Shown here one piece after another: positions 48,087 through 58,437 of a stretch of DNA of 64,000 nucleotides. Source of the stretch: Gammaproteobacteria bacterium (GTDB lineage Bacteria; Pseudomonadota; Gammaproteobacteria; UBA4575). The number at the start of each line of letters is the position of its first letter. The stretch's first letter is position 1. The DNA is taken from positions 259,973 through 323,972 of the forward strand of contig CBDBDH010000003.1 in the NCBI GenBank assembly GCA_965203725.1, given 5' to 3'. Below the pieces are notes generated by a model. It did no database searches. It was given only the letters and a program-made list of their open reading frames with translations, and was not told the DNA's origin. A program made the translations under genes and the position numbers.

Positions 48087-49157
48087 TTACCGCTGGGACC
48101 TTGCCTGTTCAAGGTGCCTTTCTTCGACTGGCGGAAGACCGTAGGTCAGCATCCCGAACAATAATTTCAAAGCCAGATTTGACCGTACCATGGCACTGGT
48201 GACAATGGTAACCATCCACACGCTACGACGCGAAATCTTTACCTCTTGCCCGCTCCTGAATGCCGGGGTCGCATGGATACGGCGCAGGGTCAGTACAGCC
48301 ATTCCCAGCGCCCACAGGCAATGCAGCCGAATGCCTGTTTCACGAGGCGGAATGATCATGATGAACCGCAGTGCATTTGAAAGATGATGCCGGGCGATCG
48401 CGACCAGTTCAATCAGTCCCCTGGTAAAGCCAGGGTCGTTCTGCGTGGCGGACAGGGAGCTCAAGTTGAAGCCCGCTGCAAGGAAAATATCCTGCGGCAG
48501 CCAGCAGGCTCCGCGGTGTTGGTCATCCCATATATCCTTCAGTATGTTTGTCATCTGCAGGCCCTGGCCAAAGGAAACCGAGAGTGCGAGCAATTCCTCG
48601 CGTCGCTCGTTGATTTCCTCGGAGTAATCGCAGAACAGCTCGGTGAGCATCTCGCCCACGACCCCGGCAACGTAATAACAGTACTGGTCAAGGTGAGGCA
48701 GGTCATTCAGGCCCTGAATGGTTGCCTTTTGCTGAAATTCCGCCATTCCCCGCGACATGATTCTGACACAGCGCTCAAGTGCCTTGCGCTGGGTATCGCT
48801 GAATCCCTTCGTGATACGAACCACCCGCGCAGTATTCGCGATCAGGTCGTGCTCACTTTCAGTCGTCGACGAAGACAACAGCCTGCCGAGATCACGCGCA
48901 AAGGAATCCGGCTCCTGCCTGCCTGCAACAATCTCGGCAAAGCGCTCGGAGAACTCGCGCTTTTGTTCTGCAGAGAGCGCGGGTTCGTCTTCGATGGTGT
49001 CTGTAATCCGGCACAGAAGATACGCATTGCCGACCACGTCGCATAATCCATCCGGAAGCTGCGGAATCGTCAAGGCAAATGTGCGGGACACCCCTTTCAG
49101 GGCCTTTGCCTGATAGGCAAAGTCATTGCTCGCCAACGCACTTAAGGCGGACACCAT
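48087..49157 (-). CDS. squalene/phytoene synthase family protein (HpnC/HpnD/CrtB-like)
   Basis: 356 aa. Asp-rich motifs ([25 protein letters not shown]). Confidence 0.7.
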   Translation of the reverse strand: MVSALSALASNDFAYQAKALKGVSRTFALTIPQLPDGLCDVVGNAYLLCRITDTIEDEPALSAEQKREFSERFAEIVAGRQEPDSFARDLGRLLSSSTTESEHDLIANTARVVRITKGFSDTQRKALERCVRIMSRGMAEFQQKATIQGLNDLPHLDQYCYYVAGVVGEMLTELFCDYSEEINERREELLALSVSFGQGLQMTNILKDIWDDQHRGACWLPQDIFLAAGFNLSSLSATQNDPGFTRGLIELVAIARHHLSNALRFIMIIPPRETGIRLHCLWALGMAVLTLRRIHATPAFRSGQEVKISRRSVWMVTIVTSAMVRSNLALKLLFGMLTYGLPPVEERHLEQARSQR

Positions 49158-49453
49158 GGCTTAGTCTCTATTTCGCTTCACAGTTGAATGGCATTGTACA
49201 CTCGCGTTGGGTAATAGGAAATTGGCGGTAAACTTCCGATGCCGGGTCTGATTGAATCTCTTGCCCGTGTGCAGTGGCTGAAGAGGCCGCAGAAGCGGCT
49301 CCCGGCCTGCCCTGGCCTGCCCTCAGCCAGATCCAGTCACCTCCAGAGCCCGTGCCCCCAGGCCATCGTATGGGCAGCTGTTTCAGTGCCGAAAGGGGCG
49401 CTCGTCAATAGTGAAAATTTGATAGATAAGGTACAATAAATTTTGTATAGTCT

Positions 49454-49840
49454 GTGCCAAGCGAATATCTTCGGAGAAGTACCATTCAAAATCATCAAGT
49501 AGAATTGCAGGTCGATCAGGTTGAGGGGACCGCACTGATCATAAGCGTGACGGGCCGTATTGACGGCGTCAACGCTCAGGAATTTTACAATAACCTCAAC
49601 AAGGAAATTGATGGCTCTGACAATCCAGTAGTACTGGACCTGGAGAATCTGTCCTACATCAGTAGTGCAGGCTTACGTTCAATCCTGCTTATTGCAAAAA
49701 CGCTCAAGGGTAAAAACACGAAGTTCATGCTGTGCTCCCTGCCTGAGCCCATCAAGGAAATTGTCGAGATTGCAGGTTTTGACAAGATCATTGACGTACT
49801 TCAATCTCGAACTGCGGCAGTAGACGCGATAAAGGGTTAG
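49454..49840 (+). CDS. STAS-domain anti-sigma-factor antagonist (SpoIIAA/RsbV-like), paralog 1
   Basis: ...LDLENLSYISSAGLRSILLIAK... with the conserved phosphorylatable Ser context. Gene GC is well below the local average. Confidence 0.7.
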   Translation: MPSEYLRRSTIQNHQVELQVDQVEGTALIISVTGRIDGVNAQEFYNNLNKEIDGSDNPVVLDLENLSYISSAGLRSILLIAKTLKGKNTKFMLCSLPEPIKEIVEIAGFDKIIDVLQSRTAAVDAIKG

Positions 49841-49905
49841 GATCACCATCGGAAAATCCGAATGACAGCCTTGCTGTCAACCCCTGCCTAGATGGAAGTG
49901 CCAAA

Positions 49906-50385
49906 TTGCGGACAGCGCTCAGGCTCGGGAATACTTGTGAAGAATCAGCAGCACATGCCAAGTTTGCCGAGTCCATCGCAAGGCTGGATTGGCATTACGG
50001 AGTCAACCTTCCCACCACTAGAGAAATTGCCACTGTGACCCGAGAACTGCACCTGGCAGACGAGACGATTGATGGCGTCCTGATTATCCATGTAGGTGGC
50101 CACATTGATGGCGTGAATGCCCGGGAATTCCAGAGTGGTCTTGACCACAGGATTCAGAATACAGATGGGCCCGCCATCCTGGATTTCGAAAAACTTACCT
50201 ACATCAGCAGTGCGGGACTGCATTCAATCCTGCTGATCGCAAAGATATTCAGGGACAAAAACAAGAAATTCATGTTGTGTTCGCTGCCGGCCCCCGCCCT
50301 GCAGGTCATACGGACTTCCGGCTTTGACAAGATTATCGATATACGAGAGTCACTTTCTGAGGCCATGGCCGCGGCAAGCGATTGA
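49906..50385 (+). CDS. STAS-domain anti-sigma-factor antagonist, paralog 2
   Basis: ...LDFEKLTYISSAGLHSILLIAK.... True start may be GTG 50035 (MTRELHLADETIDG...), which aligns with the paralog 1 N-terminus. Confidence 0.7.
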   Translation: MRTALRLGNTCEESAAHAKFAESIARLDWHYGVNLPTTREIATVTRELHLADETIDGVLIIHVGGHIDGVNAREFQSGLDHRIQNTDGPAILDFEKLTYISSAGLHSILLIAKIFRDKNKKFMLCSLPAPALQVIRTSGFDKIIDIRESLSEAMAAASD

Positions 50386-50389
50386 CCCG

Positions 50390-52591
50390 TCAGGAAGGTG
50401 CAACTGCGGCACCTTCTCCATCCGCAGGTTCCTCAGCAGTCTCCGCGACTTCGTGGGCGACCTGCTCCACTGGTAGAACAACGATCATGTCGGTGTATTC
50501 ACCTTCCTTGGTGTCCACACGGATCTCACCCCCATGCTCGCGCATGATGTCACTGGACAGCGACAGTCCCAGGCCGGTTCCCTGATCCGGTGGTTTGGTT
50601 GTATAGAATGGATTGAAAATGCGCTCCAGCGCCGACTCGGGAATACCGTTGCCATTGTCCCGGACATGCACCTCCACATGATCTCCGACCTGCCGGGTAC
50701 TCAGCTTGAGTGTCGGCTGATAATCCTTGGCACCATCACCGCCTTTCGCCAGCAAACCTTTTCTTTTTTCGTCCGTGGCGTAGCAGGCATTAGTCACCAG
50801 ATTCAGGAACACACGGCCAAGATCCTGCGGGCGCACCATGATCTCCCGTAAACCTTCCTCGTAGTCTTCCTGGATTTCCAACTGGAATTCCGTGTCAGCA
50901 GCACGGGCACTGTGGAATGCAAGCAGTACATGATCATTCAACAATATATTCAGATCGATTTCCTGCCAGTCCCCGCCGCCGCGACCCATCTTCAGCATGT
51001 CCATGACAATACGGTTTGCACGCTTGCCATGCTCGTGTATGCGTTGCAGATTTCCCGTCAGGTCCCCGGCCACCTCCTTGACCAGTTCATGGTCATACTC
51101 ATCTTCCCCGTTCCCTTGCCCGGTTTTACTTTTGGTCACTTCTTCCAGCAGTTCTTCCAGCAGCTCTTGCGAGACCTCCGAAAAGTTCATGATGAAATTC
51201 ATCGGATTTTTTATTTCATGCGCAACCCCCGCCGTTAACTGGCCCAGTGCAGCAAGCTTCTCGCGCATCACGATCTGGTCCTGTGCACGCCCCAGTTCCT
51301 CGTTGGTTTTTGCCAGTTCCTCATTTTTTCCTTTCAGTTCCTCGGCGAGCGTCTCCACCAAATTGAGACGCTGCACTTCCAGTGCATTGTTTCTGAACAC
51401 ATCCAGTGCCTTGGCCAGCTGCGCAATCTCATCGCGGCCGTCGACATCAATTGCAACCTCCAGATCACCGCCGGCCATTTGCTGCATCTGGCTTGATATT
51501 CTGTCGAGGCGCCTGATCAGGCGACGCTGTACAAGCAGCCAGACGAACAGGAACGCACCACCAATGCTGACGAGATTGACAGCAAACAATATCGTTGTAC
51601 TGGTATCCGTTGCCGTGGTCGCCATGTCAGCCATTTCTCCTGCAGCCATGCTGGAGTCATCCACGAAGCTCTCAACCTGTGCAACAACGTCGATTCCCAA
51701 AATCTGGCTGTCATTGAGCAAGTCGACCAGTTCTTCATCAACGGTGAGTTCCCTGTAACGCAAATCAAATCCGTTATTCTCCCTTCTGCCAACCGATAAC
51801 AGATCAAGAAAGACCGAAGATAACCGGTTATGGACCGGCGTATCCCTGAGTGCGTCAAGCGAGCGCTCTGCGCTGCCGACAGTGGCCTCAAACCGTTCCC
51901 GCAAAGGCTCCAGCAAGGCTTCGTCCGTTACGGTAAATGCAGTAGCCAGCAACTGCGTGGCAACGGCAGCTGCTTCACGCAGCTCGACCAGGCGGCGGTA
52001 GGTCAGAAATTCCTGTTCCGAGAAATGAACAGAGAGAGGGGATCGTTCCTCGTCGAGAGACCGGTAACCTGTCATCGTATAAAACATCTGGTCATCGATT
52101 TCCTTGATCAGGATGGTTGTCAACTCGCCCTGGACCGTCTGCAACTCATCCCTGAGATCGATAATCCTCTGGCGAACGTCAAAACGCTCCCTGACCAGCA
52201 GTTTCACCTCTTCGATATTCTGTACAATCCCGGCACCACCGGTCTCAATCTGTTCCGCCCTGGCATCTCTCCCCTGGTTTTCCAGCATGATCGAAAGTTG
52301 CGCCTTGAATTCATCTGCCTTCCAGCCGGTGGTTGCAGCAATGGTTTCGAACTGTTCCGGAGTCGCGGTGGTCAGGCGCGGCACTGCTGCAACCAGGGCT
52401 GCCGTCTGCTGCGCGATCGCAAAAGCAGAAGTCATTTCGGGGACATTTTTTTCACTGACGTTCTGCTGGATTTTCCCGATGTAGTCCAGAAAGAAGAGCG
52501 CCAGCAGGCTGATTATGATGATCAGCGCAACTGCACCGCCAAAGCCCACATACAGCTGTGTGGAAATGCGGCTCCAGAGTTTTGAAGGCAT
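50390..52591 (-). CDS. sensor histidine kinase with large periplasmic domain
   Basis: 733 aa. TM1, about 300-aa periplasmic domain, TM2, HAMP, HisKA (AAGVAHEIKNPMNFI) and HATPase_c (GTGLGLSLS). Confidence 0.8.
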   Translation of the reverse strand: MPSKLWSRISTQLYVGFGGAVALIIIISLLALFFLDYIGKIQQNVSEKNVPEMTSAFAIAQQTAALVAAVPRLTTATPEQFETIAATTGWKADEFKAQLSIMLENQGRDARAEQIETGGAGIVQNIEEVKLLVRERFDVRQRIIDLRDELQTVQGELTTILIKEIDDQMFYTMTGYRSLDEERSPLSVHFSEQEFLTYRRLVELREAAAVATQLLATAFTVTDEALLEPLRERFEATVGSAERSLDALRDTPVHNRLSSVFLDLLSVGRRENNGFDLRYRELTVDEELVDLLNDSQILGIDVVAQVESFVDDSSMAAGEMADMATTATDTSTTILFAVNLVSIGGAFLFVWLLVQRRLIRRLDRISSQMQQMAGGDLEVAIDVDGRDEIAQLAKALDVFRNNALEVQRLNLVETLAEELKGKNEELAKTNEELGRAQDQIVMREKLAALGQLTAGVAHEIKNPMNFIMNFSEVSQELLEELLEEVTKSKTGQGNGEDEYDHELVKEVAGDLTGNLQRIHEHGKRANRIVMDMLKMGRGGGDWQEIDLNILLNDHVLLAFHSARAADTEFQLEIQEDYEEGLREIMVRPQDLGRVFLNLVTNACYATDEKRKGLLAKGGDGAKDYQPTLKLSTRQVGDHVEVHVRDNGNGIPESALERIFNPFYTTKPPDQGTGLGLSLSSDIMREHGGEIRVDTKEGEYTDMIVVLPVEQVAHEVAETAEEPADGEGAAVAPS

Positions 52592-52607
52592 GCTTCCCGG
52601 CCCTAAT

Positions 52608-53834
52608 TCATTGCAGTTGCGTAGCCCCTGCCGGTGAGGTGACAGAGGTCAGTGATGTCACGGGCGAATACTGGCCATCGGGACCAATCACTGTCAGAAA
52701 AACGTCATCCGAACCCTGATTATCGCTCTTGCCATAACGCAATCTGAATCCATCCAGGTCAAAACTTTCATCCGTCCTGAGTACTGAATCGATGCAGCGG
52801 CGTTCTATCTGCTTGCCGCAATGCAAGACGACATGGGCTGCCAGACGCCCTGCCAGATAACCTTCAAATGATATAAACCCCGGTTCAATTGCCGGATCGT
52901 ATGCCCTGAGTGCCGCACGGTAGGCCGCCGATGCACGGATCGAATCCCCTCTCGGGAAGGGCACAACCTGCGTCACCAGGACTCCCGACCCGTGTGTGCC
53001 CAGCTCCCTTGCCAGGGCGTTACTGCCTACGAAAGACAGTGTCATGAAAATGGGGTCCATGCCAAGACGTCTTGCCCACCGGATGAACGCCGCTGTCGGT
53101 TTGTAGGGACCGATGATGATCACGGCCTGCGGTTCGGTGGCGCGCAGGTCAAGAAGAGCGGTCTTCACTGCGATCGTGTTTCGGGGAAACACACCCGTCC
53201 CTGCCACTAAAAGCTCACGACGCTCAAGGGCTCGCAGCACCCCCTGCAGTCCCGCACGACCGAAAGAGTCGTCCTGGTAGAGAATTGCAATCCGGTCAAA
53301 TCCCATGTCGGTGGTGAGTCGCTCCACCATCTCCTCGGTTTCCTGGTAGTACGAAGCCCGGAGGTTGATCACCGTGTGGCGGGAATTGTCGCGCAGGTAT
53401 TCTGCACCTGTCATGGGTGCCAGATAGGGCACATCACTGCTCTCGGTGACCGGTACAGCAGATTGGGAAGTGGGTGTGCCGACTGCACCGATCAGGGCAA
53501 AAACGCCCTCTTCTATCAGCTGCTGCGTATTGGTGACCGCAGCTTCCGGCTCGTAGGCATCATCCAGCGAACGCAATTCCAGACGACGCCCATGCACACC
53601 GCCCTGGTCATTGACTTCCTTGAATGCAGCAAGAATTCCTGCCTCCATGCTTTTGCCAAGTTCGCCAGCAGGGCCGCTGAAAGCCGCAGATTGCCCGAAC
53701 AGGATACGCTCGCTGTTCACGCCGGGAGTAGTGATGATGCTTTCCCTGACCTCCCCGGCTGCAGCGCCTGCGAACAGGGCAGCAAAAATTGTGGTAGAGG
53801 CTTTTCCGGGAAATAATCTGCGCAGAGCCTGCAC
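52608..53834 (-). CDS. periplasmic substrate-binding protein, LivK/PBP1 family (probable sensor-kinase accessory)
   Basis: 408 aa. Signal peptide. Type-1 PBP fold resembling a Leu/Ile/Val-binding protein. Confidence 0.7.
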   Translation of the reverse strand: MQALRRLFPGKASTTIFAALFAGAAAGEVRESIITTPGVNSERILFGQSAAFSGPAGELGKSMEAGILAAFKEVNDQGGVHGRRLELRSLDDAYEPEAAVTNTQQLIEEGVFALIGAVGTPTSQSAVPVTESSDVPYLAPMTGAEYLRDNSRHTVINLRASYYQETEEMVERLTTDMGFDRIAILYQDDSFGRAGLQGVLRALERRELLVAGTGVFPRNTIAVKTALLDLRATEPQAVIIIGPYKPTAAFIRWARRLGMDPIFMTLSFVGSNALARELGTHGSGVLVTQVVPFPRGDSIRASAAYRAALRAYDPAIEPGFISFEGYLAGRLAAHVVLHCGKQIERRCIDSVLRTDESFDLDGFRLRYGKSDNQGSDDVFLTVIGPDGQYSPVTSLTSVTSPAGATQLQ

Positions 53835-53838
53835 CTTA

Positions 53839-54258
53839 CTATATCTTCTTTACCAGGGTTAAGTGGTTGCGCTCGCTGTTGCGCTGGTAGCGCAACTCCG
53901 TCATCAGCTGCTTGGCCAGCCGGATACCGGCGCCACCAACACTGCGTTCCTCGAGGGAACTTTCCACATCCAGCTCGGGAGCATCCTGCAACGGGTCAAA
54001 GGGGCTCCCGTCATCCGTAATCTCGACCGTAATGGTCTCGCCCTCCCTGGAAAGCCTGATCTCGACTTCATGTTCCAGATCATCATCATGCGCATAGCTG
54101 ACCACGTTCGTAAAAAGCTCCTCCAGCGCCAGCTGAATCTGGAGCAGTGCATCCATGGGGAATTCATGCTGCTCGCCGAATTCCTCCAGTGCTGCCTCAA
54201 TCGTGCGGATCTCTTCCATTCGATTGGCTACGATTAGCGTACGTGAAGCTTGCATCAC
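53839..54258 (-). CDS. RsbW/SpoIIAB-like anti-sigma factor / serine protein kinase (GHKL ATPase)
   Basis: 139 aa. HATPase_c with N- and G-box equivalents (EELFTNVVSYAH, DDGSPFD, GGAGIRLAKQLM). Confidence 0.7.
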   Translation of the reverse strand: MMQASRTLIVANRMEEIRTIEAALEEFGEQHEFPMDALLQIQLALEELFTNVVSYAHDDDLEHEVEIRLSREGETITVEITDDGSPFDPLQDAPELDVESSLEERSVGGAGIRLAKQLMTELRYQRNSERNHLTLVKKI

Positions 54259-54272
54259 TCTATTCCGGATTC

Positions 54273-55430
54273 CTATGTGACCCGCATGACCAGGCAGGTA
54301 ATGTCATCGGACTGCGGGTTTTCTCCTGCAAAGTCCCTGACCGACTGGAACACCGTATCGGTAACATCCTTGGCGTTCCCGAACGTGCTGTTGCGGAAAA
54401 CCTCGAAAAACCGGTCCATCTCGAACAATTCGCCATCCTCTCTCTCGGCTTCCGAAACCCCGTCTGTGTAAAAAACAATCATTGAGCCGGATTCCAGAAC
54501 CACCGATTTTTCCTGATATTCCAAATCCGGCATCACCCCAAGGGCAGTTCCTTCGGTCGACTCCAGCAGCTCAATGGCCTTGTCCGGCTTGACGACCACA
54601 GGCAAGTTGTGACCGCCGTTCGAGTACACAAGCTCTTTGTTCTGGGGGTCGTAAATTCCGTACAGCAGAGTCACGAAAGTCATGTCGGCATTGCTTTCTG
54701 AAAGCATTCTGTTGACTTGCTGCAGTACCTTGGCCGGAGAACTGGAAGTTGCAGCACAGGCCTTCAGCAACGTACGGCTGGCCATCATGAACATGGCGGC
54801 CGGCACCCCTTTGTCGGACACATCAGCGATCACCACACCGATCCTGCCATCCGAAAATTCATAGACATCGAAAAAGTCGCCGCCCACCGAACGTGCCGGC
54901 ACCATGCTTGCATAGAGATTGAATTCTTCGGAAGTGGGGAACGACATCGGAAGAATGCTCTGCTGCATCTTCCTGGCTACATCAAGCTCGTTCTGGAGTG
55001 CAACCAGCTTGTCACGTGTGCTCAGCGCCTGGCGCCAAAGCGTGAGATTCTCGACGGTACGCTCAATGGTAACCTTGAGGTCCGTGAAGTCTATCGGCTT
55101 GGTGACAAAATCGAATGCACCGCGATTCATCGCAGTCCTGATATTTTCCATGTCTCCATAAGCAGAAACCATGACGGCGCGGAGATCGGGATCGACGTCC
55201 GGTATTTGCGCCAGCAGGGTCAGCCCGTCCATGACGGGCATGTTGATATCGGACAGCACGATGTCATACTTGCCGTTCTCGCGTATGCTCTGCAGGGCTT
55301 CTGCACCATTGTGTGCAAATTCGAACATGTAACGACCGCTGCGAACTTCCCGCCTCATTTTCTGCAGCATCAGCTGCTCTAAGTCCACCTCGTCATCCAC
55401 AACAAGTATCCGGACTTGACTATCGCTCAC
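54273..55430 (-). CDS. response regulator receiver fused to PP2C (SpoIIE/RsbU-type) phosphatase
   Basis: 385 aa. REC (phospho-acceptor DIVLSDINMP, T/K motifs), then PP2C (VGGDFFDV, ADVSDKG, TDGVSEA). Confidence 0.8.
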   Translation of the reverse strand: MSDSQVRILVVDDEVDLEQLMLQKMRREVRSGRYMFEFAHNGAEALQSIRENGKYDIVLSDINMPVMDGLTLLAQIPDVDPDLRAVMVSAYGDMENIRTAMNRGAFDFVTKPIDFTDLKVTIERTVENLTLWRQALSTRDKLVALQNELDVARKMQQSILPMSFPTSEEFNLYASMVPARSVGGDFFDVYEFSDGRIGVVIADVSDKGVPAAMFMMASRTLLKACAATSSSPAKVLQQVNRMLSESNADMTFVTLLYGIYDPQNKELVYSNGGHNLPVVVKPDKAIELLESTEGTALGVMPDLEYQEKSVVLESGSMIVFYTDGVSEAEREDGELFEMDRFFEVFRNSTFGNAKDVTDTVFQSVRDFAGENPQSDDITCLVMRVT

Positions 55431-55829
55431 TTCATTCCCCGTCTCAGTAATCTGGCTTCAAGTTAACATCAAACCGGTGCAAATACTGGTCACCTGCCCA
55501 CGAACGACACATCGAAAAGCACTGCGAAATCATGCACCGCGACTTCTGATAAACCACGCGAATTATATCAGTAAAACCCGCCGCAGGGAGACGAAACTGT
55601 CAATACCGGGGTTCAATCCCGATTAGGACCGGAATCCGGTTTTGCATGAGCGTAAATTTTTGCGCGCCCGCCGGACCGGGCAGGCCCAGGGAACCCGCAC
55701 CCCCGTCCTTTTCAGCCCGCTTGCGTTCATCGCTTTGCACGGGTCATCATTACTCCACGGAAAGTCATTCCCAGGGACCCCGTGAGTTTTGCACGGCTCA
55801 TGGGGATTCGTGTGAAGCGGAGAACAACG

Positions 55830-57257
55830 ATGGAAAACCGGACTCGATTTTATATTCATGGTGAATGGGTCACACCCTCGACGGGCAAGACCTCGGATGT
55901 CATCAATCCTGCCACGGAAGAGGTCATAGGCCGTGTCGCCATGGGCGGTCAGGACGACGTGGACGCGGCGGTGGCCGCTGCAAGATCGGCCTTTGTTTCC
56001 TATTCGCAAACGACGCAAAAGGAAAGGGTCGAGCTGCTGGAAGGAATCGTCCATCACTATCGGTCCCGCATGGATGAGGTCGCGCAGGTGATCAGCGAGG
56101 AAATGGGGGCGCCGATGAAACTCGCGAATTCGGAACAGGCGCCCATGGGACTGGACCACCTGGTTACGACGCTTGAGGTCTTGCGGGCATTCAGATTCGA
56201 GGAAGACATCGGTTCTTCTCGCGTCCTGCGCGAGCCCATGGGAGTTTGCGGATTGATTACCCCCTGGAACTGGCCGATCAACCAGATCACATGCAAGGTC
56301 GCACCCGCCCTTGCCGCAGGTTGTACCATGATCCTGAAACCTTCCGAAATCGCACCGTTCAACGCGGTCCTGTTTACTGAAATCCTCGATGCTGCAGGTG
56401 TGCCGGGCGGTGTGTTCAATCTCGTCAACGGGGACGGGCCTACCGTCGGTGCAGCGCTTTCCTCGCATCCTGATATCGACATGGTTTCATTTACGGGCTC
56501 GACGCAGGCCGGAATCCAGGTGGCCCGGAACGCTGCGCCCACCGTGAAACGGGTGGCACAGGAACTGGGCGGGAAATCCGCCAATATCCTGCTCGACGAC
56601 GCCGACTTTGAACACGCGGTTGCACGGGATGTATCCCGGCTGTGCACGAACTCTGGCCAATCCTGCATCGCTCCATCACGGATGCTGGTCCCTCAACGAC
56701 GCATGCACGAAGCGGCATCCATCGCCGCGAAGGCAGCGGAAAAAATCAAGGTCGGTGACCCGTCCAAAAAGGGCACGCGGATGGGTCCTGTGGTCTCCAA
56801 ACGGCAGTTTGAACGAATCCAGGGCCTGATCCGCTCGGGTATTGATGAAGGTGCGAACCTGGTTGCAGGCGGTCTCGGGCGCCCGGATGGCCTGACCGCA
56901 GGCTTTTACGTAAAACCCACCGTGTTTTCCCATGTCAGCAACGACATGCAGATCGCGCAGCAGGAAATTTTCGGGCCCGTCCTTTCCATGATCGGTTACG
57001 CGGACGAAGATGATGCCGTGCGAATCGCCAACGACACCGTCTACGGGCTGTCCGGGTATGTCTCCTCGGCTGATCCGCAACGTGCGCACGCGGTTGCCCG
57101 CCGGCTCCGCGCAGGAAACGTCTACATCAATGGAGCGCTACCCGACTGCAGGACACCGTTCGGCGGGTACAAGCAATCCGGCAATGGACGCGAATGGGGG
57201 CGCTACGGCCTTGAGGAATTTCTCGAGACCAAAGCCGTCGTGGGCGGCGGCCGGTAA
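55830..57257 (+). CDS. NAD(P)-dependent aldehyde dehydrogenase
   Basis: Catalytic Cys NSGQSCIAPSRMLV and Glu (ELGGKSANIL). Start at ATG 55830 with a GGAG RBS. The listed ORF has a 16-codon extension. Confidence 0.85.
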   Translation: MENRTRFYIHGEWVTPSTGKTSDVINPATEEVIGRVAMGGQDDVDAAVAAARSAFVSYSQTTQKERVELLEGIVHHYRSRMDEVAQVISEEMGAPMKLANSEQAPMGLDHLVTTLEVLRAFRFEEDIGSSRVLREPMGVCGLITPWNWPINQITCKVAPALAAGCTMILKPSEIAPFNAVLFTEILDAAGVPGGVFNLVNGDGPTVGAALSSHPDIDMVSFTGSTQAGIQVARNAAPTVKRVAQELGGKSANILLDDADFEHAVARDVSRLCTNSGQSCIAPSRMLVPQRRMHEAASIAAKAAEKIKVGDPSKKGTRMGPVVSKRQFERIQGLIRSGIDEGANLVAGGLGRPDGLTAGFYVKPTVFSHVSNDMQIAQQEIFGPVLSMIGYADEDDAVRIANDTVYGLSGYVSSADPQRAHAVARRLRAGNVYINGALPDCRTPFGGYKQSGNGREWGRYGLEEFLETKAVVGGGR

Positions 57258-57316
57258 AGCGCGATACCCGCAGAGGGCGCCCAGTTCCGCCGGCTCGGCA
57301 GGCGTTCCCTGCGGGC

Positions 57317-58423
57317 CTACAGGTTTTCCAGTATCGCCCGCCTGACCGAATCCAGTTCTGCATCGATGTTCATGAGTTCGGCACTGCTTTGCCGAATGGC
57401 GATGTCCGGGTCTTTCAGGCCGTGCCCGGTCAAGGTACAGACCACGGTGCTGCCCTGCGCAATATTGCCGTGCTCGATATCATGCAGTGCGCCGGTGACG
57501 GAGGTGGCCGATGCCGGCTCGCAAAAAATGCCCTCGCGGGTCGTCAGCAGCTTTTGCGTGGCCAGAATTTCCTCATCGGTGAAGGCATTGAACCAGCCGC
57601 CTGATTCCTTGACCGCGGCCTGCGCAAGGTCCCAGCTTTGCGGATGCCCGATGCGGATAGCGGTGGCGACCGTTTCGGGTTTCTCTACGGGCTTGCCTGC
57701 AACAAAGGGCGCCGCCCCCGCTGCCTGATAGCCCAGCATCCTCGGCCTGGATGCCAGCCCGGATGCAGTGACCGCCTGTCTGCCCCGGTTGTGAACGTCT
57801 GCCGCAAGCTCGCTGTAGCCCATCCAGTAGGCTGAAATATTGCCGGCATTGCCGACCGGGATGCAGTGGAAATCCGGTGCAAAGCCCAGCGCTTCGACAA
57901 TTTCATAAGCGGCCGTCTTCTGGCCCTGCAAGCGGTACGGGTTGATCGAATTGACGATATTGACCGGCGCGGTTTCTGCGACTTCCTTCACCAGGCGCAT
58001 GCCGTCATCGAAATTGCCGCGGATCTGCAAGATGATGGCTCCGTGCATCATCGCCTGTGCAAGCTTGCCCATGGCGATGTTGCCTTCCGGTATCAGCACA
58101 AAGGCCTTGATCCCCGCCCTTGCGGCATAGGCTGCCGCCGATGCCGAGGTATTTCCGGTGGAGGCGCAAAGAATGGCCCGGCTGCCCTCGTGAACCGCCT
58201 GGCTGACCGCCACCGTCATGCCCCGGTCCTTGAATGAACCGGTGGGATTCAGTCCTTCATACTTGAGGTACAGCTTGATCCCCTTGCGGTTGGCCGGCTC
58301 GAGGTTGCGGCACAACACCAGCGGGGTATTTCCTTCGCAAAGACTGACCGCCCGACTGTCCCCGGCAAGGGGCAGTATGGAACGGTATCGGTCAATCAGC
58401 CCGGTGTAGTGTTCCTGGTCCAT
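57317..58423 (-). CDS. thrC: threonine synthase
   Basis: 368 aa. PLP-lysine motif [10 protein letters not shown]. Confidence 0.9.
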   Translation of the reverse strand: MDQEHYTGLIDRYRSILPLAGDSRAVSLCEGNTPLVLCRNLEPANRKGIKLYLKYEGLNPTGSFKDRGMTVAVSQAVHEGSRAILCASTGNTSASAAAYAARAGIKAFVLIPEGNIAMGKLAQAMMHGAIILQIRGNFDDGMRLVKEVAETAPVNIVNSINPYRLQGQKTAAYEIVEALGFAPDFHCIPVGNAGNISAYWMGYSELAADVHNRGRQAVTASGLASRPRMLGYQAAGAAPFVAGKPVEKPETVATAIRIGHPQSWDLAQAAVKESGGWFNAFTDEEILATQKLLTTREGIFCEPASATSVTGALHDIEHGNIAQGSTVVCTLTGHGLKDPDIAIRQSSAELMNIDAELDSVRRAILENL

Positions 58424-58437
58424 GTCGCGCCCGAAAT

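Noticed and set aside
55590-55640. tRNA-like T-arm GGGGTTCAATCCCG in the RR-PP2C/aldH intergenic region.
   Set aside because: Only the T-loop consensus is present. The stem pairs poorly and there are no acceptor, D or anticodon arms.
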